A DNA stretch of 64,000 bases from Chlorokybus atmophyticus (Eukaryota; Plantae; Mesostigma and Chlorokybus algae): NCBI GenBank assembly GCA_009103225.1, contig RHPI01003488.1, positions 257,438-321,437 of the forward strand, read 5' to 3'. A program made the position numbers and the translations under genes. The notes beneath the pieces were generated by a model, which searched no databases, was not told where the DNA came from, and saw nothing but the letters and a program-made list of their open reading frames with translations. Of this stretch, positions 1 to 10,900 are shown one piece after another. How positions within the stretch are numbered: position 1 is the stretch's first letter; each line of letters opens with the position of its first letter.

Positions 1-570
1 ATGCCACTAAAAGGATTGCTGGCGCTTGCTAACTTGCCGTGGCTATGCTGACAAAGTTGACAGCATTGTACATAGCTTTGCAAATGGCATTGCACTGTTG
101 ATGGCAAGTTTTTTGGGGAATAAGATTTTGCGGTCTGTATGGTTTTGGAGCCACGCGCGCATTTGGCAATTTGAGGATGCGCTCTCGAAGCTGCCAATCC
201 AGGGGAATTGAGCACTAATAGACACACCCACTGCATGTGTCTAGTTCTTATTTAGCAAGCCTTGTGTGAATGGGTTTGCAGCGAACAGGAACGCCTCATC
301 TGCAGCGTTCATGGCGGCGGCATCGGCACAGCTGTGGCCAATGCCGGGCAATGTGGGCAATGCACTCACCTCCAATTGAGGCAAGCTTGGATGGAGGCGG
401 GCAAGGGACTCTTATGGTTTCACCCTCCTATGACCCTCCTGCATCAAGCAATCACATCGTTTATGCATTACCAGCTGCCAGCTATTGTGCTGCTACCAAA
501 ATGGCACTTTAATGTATGGTGGCATGCTGTCATGGTGTCTGGTGCAAGCAAGACATGCGCCATATAGGCA
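1..570 (+). mobile_element. Degenerate DIRS-like retroelement remnant (RNase H end plus adenine-methyltransferase-like domain)
   Basis: Broken frames read ...FEDALSK..., ...CVNGFAANRNA..F..., ...GNALTSN... and LLWFHPPMTLLHQAITSFMHYQLPAIVLLPKWHFNVWW. This resembles the DIRS RH (ADALS) and MT (DxFA...DAL..W...W.NPP..LI..V......VPxW...WW) order. Stops and frameshifts are present. Confidence 0.5.
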
Positions 571-1790
571 AGCGCAGGGGCTGGTTTGTGACATGGGCGA
601 AAGTACATGACAATACCATCAATGCGAGATCTTGTCCAAATGTTGTGGCTTATATCACATGGGAACCAGAGGTACATACTCGTCATGCAAGTATAGATGC
701 ACACTTTGTGCTCCTTTCCACAATCCCTTAGCTTAAATGTCTTTTAACAACACACCTGTGCGTAGCGCATGCTGCGCACCACCTCGTTGGAATGAGTGCA
801 ATCCCAGGTAAGGGCAATGGATGCCACATTGTTGGCAGTGCTTTACAGATGCGTGATATACGCATATCAACGCTAATACTGCACTCCTCCTAGTGTTTGT
901 ATTGCGGGCTAGAAAACAAATTTGGGGCCTTTTGGTTTATGCTGAAGGGGCTCTCATGTACATGGCTCAAGTACAGCTCCAGCACTCTGCAGAATTTCAC
1001 ACTCAAGTCGCTCCTGCAAACTTTGATAGATGGTACCCGCCCTGTAATATAGTTCTTGAGATGGGTGGCTCGTGTACCGACGTACGTGCCGTCCATTAGT
1101 ATATGTCTTATTTCTATGTGGGCATCTTCACTGCCTCTTTGCCATGTGCACCATAAGTACGTGCACAATGTGTAGTCACGCTAGACAATTACGCTTTTGT
1201 AAGTGGCCCGCATTGGTCTATTACTCTGCACTTGCGGCTAAAGTAGCATACCAGTATGTTCTCGTTGGCATGAGTCAAAGGTATGGCACGCACGAGCTGC
1301 TCATTAGCTCGAGCGGTCATCTTGACATCGCTAGCGCAATACTCACGCACATCCACAGACTCGCAAGAATTGCCTGCGGGATGACTTGTGCTCCACGGGC
1401 CCACTCCATTATACCACTTGAAACCAGCGCTTCCAAGCATAATGATCACCTTCAGGGTGCTACTGGATATTATAAGTGTGCACCACTCTGGTCCTTGCGC
1501 CGGCTTTTGTGTTGTGCACGTCGCTCAAATGCCCGGTTAAGTAGGTCGCCACCATGGTCGAAGTGACATCTGCCACGGCAACAATTAATACTTGCAAGTT
1601 GCCCATGAACTCCTGCCACACAAGCTCCCGCCAAGCGCGAGTACTCTCATGAGTGGCTGCAGCACTAATGCGCTCCACATCGGCCAAGGCGAGTATGGAC
1701 CATTGCTGCATGTTGCGCTGCAGTAAACTCCTATTGCCGACGTGCAATGGCCGTGTGCATTGGGTCTCCATATCAGCTTGAAGGGACCAA

Positions 1791-1878
1791 GTGAAGTCCA
1801 TACCTGCGCATGTGACCTGAGTAGAACAGATGGTGTGAAGTCCATACCTGCGCATGTGACTTGAGTAGAACAGATAGT
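1791..1878. repeat. 44-bp tandem duplication (2 copies)
   Basis: gtgaagtccatacctgcgcatgtgacctgagtagaacagatggt at 1791-1834 is repeated at 1835-1878 with 2 substitutions. Confidence 0.9.
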
Positions 1879-2027
1879 GGACGCAATTGCTCATGTAAAC
1901 TATTATGCCTTATCTCGACGGATAGCTTTTGGGCATGTATAGAAATCTATACATTTGATTGTTCTCGTCTAGCAGTGTTGTCTACTACCTTATGTTGAGA
2001 GGGAGGGTAGCAGTCAATATAGCACAT

Positions 2028-2900
2028 GATTGCTAAACCTGTTACAACTCTTACCACTGAAGAGGACATGTCATAGTACATGCCCGACTTTGCACACTAT
2101 TGCAGATTATACTTAGCAACCATTTCGATTTACATCTTGCATCATGTAAGAGCTCATACATTAGCCAATACACGCCTGCCGACGTCACTGGCTGACAGGG
2201 CATAACACCAGCAATAAGTGAATTTGCCATTGCAAAGGATGTAGGCCGGCGTTGAATGCACCCTCAGCCTGCACCCTCTGCCAATATTACAGCCTCGAGC
2301 GCGCCCTTGGTAGCTGCAGCATAACTTGCAGGGTGCCGGCGCTATAAGCTTGCACGCCGTAGTAGTTGTTGGTGTCGTGCTTGATCAGAGCAGCAGCAAT
2401 AGCGGCGGTGCTGAGCTTGTTGTTGACCCTCTTGCCACACTCTAACTTACGATATGCGTAATACATCAATCGCGCGATTGCATATAAGTGTTATGTTGTC
2501 TCAATTGCACAACTGCATATGATCGTTACCGTCTGGTTGCACTTAGGTAGCAATCGCACGGCTACATAGTATATGTTTTTACAATTGTCTCGACCACATG
2601 ATATATTTCATTGTAAGGTTACGCGTAACACCCTATGGTATGAGTATTTGAATATTGTTTTCTTCCTTTCGATACGAATGAAGGGCGTATCGAAATCGTA
2701 CGAAGGGCGTATCGAAATCGTGAAAATTGTGAATACAAGTATAGGCGATTGCTAAACCTGTTACAACTCCTACCATTGAAGAGGACAAATCTTAGTGTCT
2801 TAATACATGCCCGACTTTGCACACTAGTGTAAGATTGTAGTTAGCAACCATTTACAACTTACATATAAGTACATACTTGCATCGCGTGAGAGCTCATGCA
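2028..2900 (+). repeat. Diverged direct repeat of about 130-150 bp (about 2028-2160 and 2747-2900)
   Basis: Both copies contain gattgctaaacctgttacaactc..acca.tgaagaggaca...tacatgcccgactttgcacacta...ttagcaaccattt...gagctcat. Confidence 0.8.
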
Positions 2901-4179
2901 CTAATTGTGACATGAAGCATGGTCCGTAGGTACGGTTCTCTATTAGACTTGAAACAAAGAGAATATCCTTGTTGATGTTATATTTTTGGAACGAGAGATT
3001 ACATCGCCAATAGCATGATCGTACAACTACACAAAAAGCGATAAAAGTAATGTATGTATAGTTACATAAAAATATATAACATTATTGACTACATCCGCAT
3101 GTGATTGCGCGGCTTAGAGGTAAGCAGCAACAGCCCTTATTTAAGATATACATATTTAGTCTTTTTTTAAAAGGTCAATAGTATATTATAATTTGTAGCA
3201 CCACCCCTCTTTAATGAATTTGAAAGCTATTAGATAAGTGTGGTCATTATGAGAGAAGACTATATGGACAATGGCATGATGCGCGCCTATTAAGGTGCCC
3301 TTAATAAAATCGTTTACACCATGTGGTTTGTTAATTGCTCGGTTGCAGTCGGATTGGCAAAAGGATATGATCGGCGGTGTTAAAAATTCAGGTATTTTAT
3401 AGTCGAATCAATTGTTTTACCAATGCATAGCAGACTCTATCAAGTTGTTTTACCAATGTATTGCATATTATACCACTGCCACAAGGCTGCTCTTTGAGTG
3501 GCTAGTGTGCTCAACAATTTTGTTCTTTGTGTTGCCCAATAGGCTACATTACAGGCATTTGCCCAGCGGCATAACTGTGAAGATTATAATTTGGAATGTC
3601 ATGAAGCGTCTTGGGCAAGTGTAGTCCCCGACAGATCTACATATAGCTTTATCATATGGAGGAACCCTGTGCACTCGGCCTTGCACTCACTCCTTTGCGT
3701 GGACTGGCCACTCATTAATGTGACACGATGTGCGTGGTTACCGTCATGCGGTAACACTTAGGGTCATGCCTCGAATGGCCGTGGCCATGTAACCACTGGT
3801 CGATGGGCCACGTGGGTCAATGGCCCGCTAGCAGCTGGGCTCAAATACTTCCAATTAATGCATTGCATCAACAGCTAGCCATATGTTGTGGTGGCTAGCT
3901 TGCATTTGCATTGATAACCCCAATGTTTCCTTACATCCCCAACATTGCTTGCAGCTTTGGACAAAACAAGCTGCGCGTGCACCATGTGGAGCATGTGAAG
4001 GCCGAGCAATTGCAACCTACACATATGCTGCATGCCATTTGCAAGTGCCCTAAAAGATGTCATGCGGCATCTGTAGCTGCGCTGATATCCCAATGACTTA
4101 TATAGCTTCGAATTAAAGGTTTGCGTGCAGCATGATGTGACGATACCACTGCTTACTTGCTGTTCGTGGCTTGGTAAGT

Positions 4180-4796
4180 CAATGCACAATCATTGAGAAC
4201 TTGCAAATGGAAGTCCCACATGCTACACCGGTGGAGCATTTCGTATGGGAAGTCGCAGCAGCGCTGTAAGGGAAGAGAGGACAATTACTCAGCTCTAGGC
4301 ACACCCACGCCTAATATATGCACACTCACACACGCCACACCACACACCACAAGGGATGAGGGGGAAAGCCCCTTCAACTGCTACTAGCCAGGCACTCCAC
4401 ACATACGTGGGCCTCAAGTGGTGAACACACTTTAATGTTTTTACAAACACTGATCCCATCCCTACTCAAAAACGCAACTTAGCCTCTATACCACATGCTA
4501 CTCTCCCGACCTTGCACTCAGGATGTTCAAGGCCACCTAGGCCTTGTCACTATGCGCTGACCTTATTATAACATCAAGAGCAATAAACTCCACCTCGAGT
4601 ATCAAACACCTTAGATTCTTATAAGAGTAATAATCCTACCTCACAATTACAAACTCATGCTCTTTAAGTACATATGTGCTTGCGGACTGCCCATCGGCAC
4701 CATTTGCCTTGCGACTGTCACACCTATGGCAAATTGCACTGCCACAGCACAGATCCTCTTGTTTGCCAACTTGGCTCACTAATTTAAATCTGCCAC
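4180..4796 (-). repeat. Old unidentified interspersed repeat; its inverted homologue is 22975-23129 joined to 29965-30410
   Basis: For example caggatgttcaaggccacctaggccttgtcact (about 4520) is the near reverse complement of agtgacaaggcctagggggccttgaacatcctg (about 30050). The reverse complement of 4700-4775 matches gttggcaaac...atttgcca...tgacagtcgcaaggc (about 22985-23050). Confidence 0.7.
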
Positions 4797-7087
4797 TGTT
4801 GAGAACTAGTGATGCGCCTAGTGTGTGTGTATTTGCCTCTTACATATAAGTATGCACACACCACGAACAAGTGCAGCAAGCACGCCAGTCATAGAGGCAA
4901 TGTGCGACCCACTGTGTTAAGCAATATACAGTGTCTTATATACTATGCTACTAAGCACTAGTCAACTCTAGTCAATTCTGGTCAAAGTCAGCACTAGTCA
5001 ACACTAGTCAACGGTCAAAGTCAAAGTTGATTATGGTTGACCATAACTGCCGTAACTCCCGTAACTCTCATAACTCCCGTAACTACAAAGGTTAAGCTGA
5101 TTGTACCAATTACATGTAGGCGCCGCCTATACATGTACTTTCAACAAGCTATAACATTTAACACTCCCACGCGAGCAGCTTGACCTTGAACTCCAAGTTC
5201 TTCTCGCAAGCTTACCCACATTAACTTGCTTTTTTAACACTCCCACGGATGTGTTGCTGCCACGGACTTGATGCTTGTCTCCATGACACCATTCGTCTCC
5301 TCGTGCTGCCAGCATGATAACAATGTTCCAATACTCCTTGTTTCCTCTTCAAAGTATTCGCATCAGGTTCCACCACGCCACCCCTAACCTTGCTCAGGTG
5401 GTTTCGAAGACTCCCACAATGGCAAACTATGCTATAAACTACACCGAGTTCTCTACCTTAGCAATGCTGTACCAGAGTGTAGGCCGTGCAAGGGTTGATT
5501 AGACCCTTCTACTAAGGAAAGCACCCCTCCCATCTCCTGTTGGCTAGCTATACAACTCAGTACTTGCATGCCGATCAATTGAAGTGTTCTAACTAGTACC
5601 GCACACCTGTGTGCTACCAAAAACAACTCCATAGCAATGCAACCTCTAGTGTATGCAGCTCAACACCAGCAACTACTCATAGGCTAGCAGTAACTCTCAT
5701 AGACCTTTATGTCTGCAACCTCCATCTACGCATGTCCTTCACGCATCCTTGCAGTGGGAGAGGACGGACGAACACCATCTATTGCAACTTTTTAAGGTCC
5801 TCACCAATGCTCAAAAGCAATCGCCATCGAAGCGTGCTTCTCCTTGGTTGCCTCATCGTGGATCCTCTCCTGGCACTCGCGAATGAAGTGGCCCTGCATC
5901 TTGCAGTAGTGACACTCTTTGTCACGGGATGGCTTCCCACCACCTGCTTTACTCCTGCTTCGTGTGTGTTGAGAAGATAAGGCAGCAAGTGCAATAGGTA
6001 CTCCACCATTCTCTATCTCCTGAACATCAACTTGCCTTCCACAGCTAGCAGCTTAAGCACTACATCAGCAAACTTCAAAACCACGTCTGAGGACTCCAAC
6101 ACAGTCACTAGCGTAGCAAAGCTCTTTCCTAAGCCAGCTAAGACTGCCCACATCACCTCCTCTTCCTTCACATTGTGGCCCGCTGCTGCTAGGTCTTGCC
6201 AAAGCTCCCTTGCACGCGAGATGTACTTTTGGATTGGCTCTTTGTGCTCCATCTTCAGAAGCGTCAGCTTGCGTCTCAGCTGCAACTTGCGCAAGTTGCT
6301 GTTAGCCTTGAAGAGGGTGTTGAACACCTCCCACGCCTCACGTCCAGTTTTGCAATCCACAATAAGAGGGAGATGGAAGTCTTTGACGTGCAAGCCTTTC
6401 GGCGCAAAAGCTAATTGTGAGTTCTCTGTTCAGGTACCAGCGTCACCTGTTCTTGGCCGCAATGCTGTGGAGCAGGTGGGTTCAACAAAACTCCAGAGCT
6501 TCTTGCGGATCAGCACCAACTTCATCTTCAGCAACCATGAAGCGTAGTTGTGCAGATTAAGGGACTCAATGGGCATCATATCTGTGTCAACCATTGCTTG
6601 CTACACAATTGTACAACTCACCCTCTCCCCAAGAACACTCTATTAGTAGGTGCCTATGCTGAACACTTTGTCTCACTAGCACAAGCGATCGCACAAGCAA
6701 GTGTGGGCCCATAACATGTTGAGAACTAGTGATGCGCCCAGTGTGTGTGTATTTGCCTCTTACATATAAGTATGCACACATTAAGGACAAGTGCAGCAAG
6801 CACGCCAGCTATAGAGGCAATGTGCGACCCACTATATTAAGCAGTAAGCAGTGTCTTATATTATGCTACCAAGCACTAGTCAACTCTAGTCAACTTTGGT
6901 TAAAGTCAACACTAGTCAACACTAGTCAAAGTCGACGGTCAAAGTTAAAGTTGATCATGGTTGAGTATAACTGCCAAAACTTCCGTAACTCTCAAAACGC
7001 CCGTAACTATAAAGGTTAAGCTGATTATACCAACTATATGTAGGCGCCACCTATACATGTACTTTCAACAAGCTATAACATTCAACA
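4797..7087 (-). mobile_element. Internally deleted, gag-only Ty1/copia derivative (LTR family A)
   Basis: LTRs at 4797-5163 and 6717-7087 (TG...CA on the minus strand). PBS tgttatgggccc at 6705-6716 and PPT cgcgtgggag next to 5163. Gag remnant at about 5850-6593 (NYASWLLKMKLVL..KKLW; LRKLQLRRKLTLLKM; VMWAVLAGL; decayed CCHC). No IN/RT/RH and no clean TSD. Confidence 0.88.
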
Positions 7088-7971
7088 TGCCCATTTGCTC
7101 ACAAGGTCACTCGACCGTGTCTTTGATAACTTATGCACATTGCAAAGTTTAAGTATGCACACGTACACTCCACTCATTCTCCCTCACATCAATGTTGTAT
7201 AATTGCAAAGGGCGTGACATCAAGTTACCATAAGCACATTGCGTACCGACGTCCATAAAGCAACCATTCATTTGCAATCTAAATTGCGTACATGTATGGC
7301 GTACTGTTTGCTGCATGTCCCTCGTACATGAAAGCATAACTTAAACAATCTCATTTTGAGCATTGATCGAGCTACATACTCGTGCTCACCCATTCCCACA
7401 TGGGTTGAATCAAACACCACATTGTTCGGTCACCTAACAGATACACTTGCGCGCACGTGCGCGCACACATGTAGCACGTGCAGCAGTTTAGCAAATGCAC
7501 ATTTGTGACATACATATCAGCTTGTAAATTAGACCACACCTGGCATGCAAATGTGCATGCAGCTGATCCACCACTTGATGCAATCACCATGACATAACAC
7601 GCACGCACGCACACACGTGCAGCAAGTGCAGCAACAAGCAGCATATGCATATGCACACGATTACGGCACATATCAGGGTGTAAAACAGTCCGTAACTAGC
7701 TTAAAAGTGTACGTGCAACAAAGATATCATTATGACAGATGCATATGCATGCACACGCGCATATACACTCGCACACGCGCAGCAAGTGCGGCAGCAAGCA
7801 AAGGCATGTGCAAAGTCACGTACAAGCAACAAACGCACACTAATTTAGCATGAATCAGCATCACAAGCAACTCACACCGTGCATGCAAACATCCGTGCAC
7901 CTTAGGATAGCATCATAACAGAGGCATATATGCATGTCTATGGACAAGCAAGAGCTATTAGAGGGGCAAAG

Positions 7972-10900
7972 AACTCACACACAAGTTGTATGCAACACAC
8001 GGCTCATGCTGGGGGGTCGCTATGGGTCGATAGCATGGTGGCTGTGCCCAGCACCCAAGTGCATTACAATATAAATGTATAAGTGTATGGATACAGGCGG
8101 ATGTATGCACAAGTCTGCACTAGGGTGCTAGGCTACAACTATGGGAACTACTTCTTCACGTCAAGTGCGAAAGTCACGCGCTTCTTCGGTCTTCGACTTG
8201 GTGACGGCGCCATCGCCGCTAACATAGAGGTTGAAGCTTGAAAAGCCTGTACACGTGCAAAGTGAACCACACTTGCCACCCACGCCAAGGATGGCACCGC
8301 CGTGCTAGGGTTTCAAGGGACTGCATAAGGGTCTTGAGACTCACAACTCACGCCTAGTGAGTGCTTGTGCCCCCAAGTGCCCAAGGCATTAGGGGCACAA
8401 TAGTCTCATAACTCATTAAAGAGTTCTTGAGTTCATGAGTACGCATTTCATGCGCTTTATAAACTCATATAACTCACACACGAGTTATATGCGACACACA
8501 GCTCATGCTTGGGGGTCGCTATGGGTCAATAGATGGATAAAAACAGTAAGAGCATGTACCACCCAAGCCGAGGCTGCGCATTAATGTGTGCAACTCGGGC
8601 GACGCCGCGCGCACATAGCCCTCAGCTGCAGTGGAAGACTTCCAGCGCCCAAATTGCTGCCACAGGTGCTTAGGCAACCTTCACGGCTTGGGTCGCAGCT
8701 CCCGAATGGGCAGAGTGTGTGCCAATACGCGTGGGGTCCTCCCCTGCCGCCATAATGGCTGCCTTCTCCCAACTCAAAATGGTGCCATATGGCATTATGG
8801 TGTTGCGTATAATGCACGTTCCCCCCACTCATATGATGGAGCGCAGCAACTTGCCCGGACCCGCGTGCCGATATCCCGAGGCGAATGACTTTTTGGTGTG
8901 CATTACAGGATATAAATCACCACCCATTGCACCTATATGCACTGTGGCGCCCACATTGTGTTTTCGTTTTGCTGCGTGGGATGACGAGATCCATGCGGCC
9001 TGGGCAAAAAACAATGTCCTGGGCGTTGACCTCCGCCACGTTGGAATGTTGAATTATACCCACAAACCGCAGAACTACCGCCACCACTTGGAAACTGGCC
9101 ATTAAGCCCCACCCGTTGCGAGCAAAGTGTGAGACCATGGCTAGCAGGAGCTCAGGCGTATATGCATCCTTCTTTTGCGTGTTAAATGGTAGCAGCCTGG
9201 CAGCGGTCTCACGCACCACCGCAACGCGTGCATGCGCAGTGGGAGAGGTCTGGCCTGCCATGGTATGCGCAGCATGTATTATCGAAGAGGCATGTTTCAC
9301 AGGTGCCGGGGTGGTGGACTCCACTAACATCTTGAAAAAGAGCCACTGCGCCAGAGTCTGCGGGTAGGGCAGCCCAACCACAAGGCGTACAGATCTCTAC
9401 AAAGCGGCGCTAGTGGCTCTCATGGCCGCGTAGGGTGCTAGTAGCATGTAACGCCGCTGCCACTGCCGGGTAAAAGGTGCGCAGGCGCTCAATCTCATAG
9501 TCTTCGGGGATGTTGGGCATGAGCGACTGCAGGCTACGCTCGATAGCAGCTGCACATAGCATGTGTCAATGGTCAGGACGCGAAGTCAAATTGCAATGCC
9601 CATATGCGACCATTGGGTAAGCCCCCCTAAAGTTCCGCAACTTGAGGGCTAGGCCATAAGCAGGCTGGGCCTTTGGGTAGGCTCACAACATCTGTAACAA
9701 TTGGTGCCCACACCTAACTAGGGCAGAGTACGGGCCACCAAGTTTGAGTTGTCCACTCAGGTACAATAAGGGAAATTCGAACCTTGCATTCGCAAGCATG
9801 GCACGAAACAGTGCCAACACGGTGTGGTGGGGGATGGCACCTGTTGTTGCAATCACTCCAGTCACAATGCAAAGCATTGCCGGACGAGCCCGGACATGGC
9901 AACACTGAGTTAAAGGCCACACACAGAATGTCGGCATCCGTAGCGGTGCGGTCTACATGAAAAGGGCCTCACTTGCGGGCAAGCAAGCGGACCCAGGGGT
10001 TTGCAAGGTCCAACCGTTCCAATCCGGTGCTTTGAAGAGCGTGTCCGCCTCCTCATTGAGCTCGCATGGTAACCACTCCACATGCAAGCGGATGCAATGA
10101 CGGTGGCAATGTAAGACACTACGGCATGCCACTTGCTGCAAGAGCATGGCCTCACTGCCCCGTTTACGCAGAATGTAGTACACATTGCGGGCATTGCCAT
10201 AGCACAGCACCGTGCATGCATGTAGCTCTTTCTCGACAGTGAGCAAGGCACGCTCAAGTCCCAGTAACTCGCGGTATGCCGCGGTATGAAGTCAAGCACT
10301 CATCCGGTGTAAATGTGCCCTTCGCCACGGGGGTAGCTGTGCCATGGCGCACTAGTCCCCAACCAGTGCCGCTAGCATCCACAAATTGCACTATGTCCGG
10401 CTGCGCAGTAGGCCAATTGGGTGCTTAGTTAAGCTGCTCAAAGTGGTCTCTCAGCCACATTACCTTCGCAATCTCAGGTTGGCGTAGCACCATGTGAGAG
10501 CTCCTTGAGCGGCAGGTCTGAATCGAATGGCGTGTTTGCCAAGTTATGAGCTTTACGGCAGGACCCTACACCAAGAACATGGATTGTAGCTTGCCACAGA
10601 TGCGGGCCAGCAACTTCACTGGCATATGGCGCCTCTCACCAAATGCGCATTGCAAGTCTCTGAGCAACCCATCGCGCTTTATGCCAGGGACACGAACAGT
10701 ACCAGTGCGTGTATCCCACACAAAGCGAAGGAAGATGATAACTCTGCTCAGCACAATCGGCGCCTTTGTGTTGATCACTAGCCCGCACCATGCTGCATCT
10801 GCTTGCACAAAGGACAGGGTGGAGGCATGCTCTGCCTTGGAGCCAGCAGCAAATAGGAAGTCGACAATGTATGGCAATACGCGAATGCCTTGCACACGCC

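Noticed and set aside
4791-7093. TSD for the family-A element
   Set aside because: The flanks gccac and tgccc do not match, so the two LTRs may be old or recombinant; no TSD is claimed.
8319-8326. tagggttt telomere-like motif in the YR-element repeat
   Set aside because: It is a single unit with no array.
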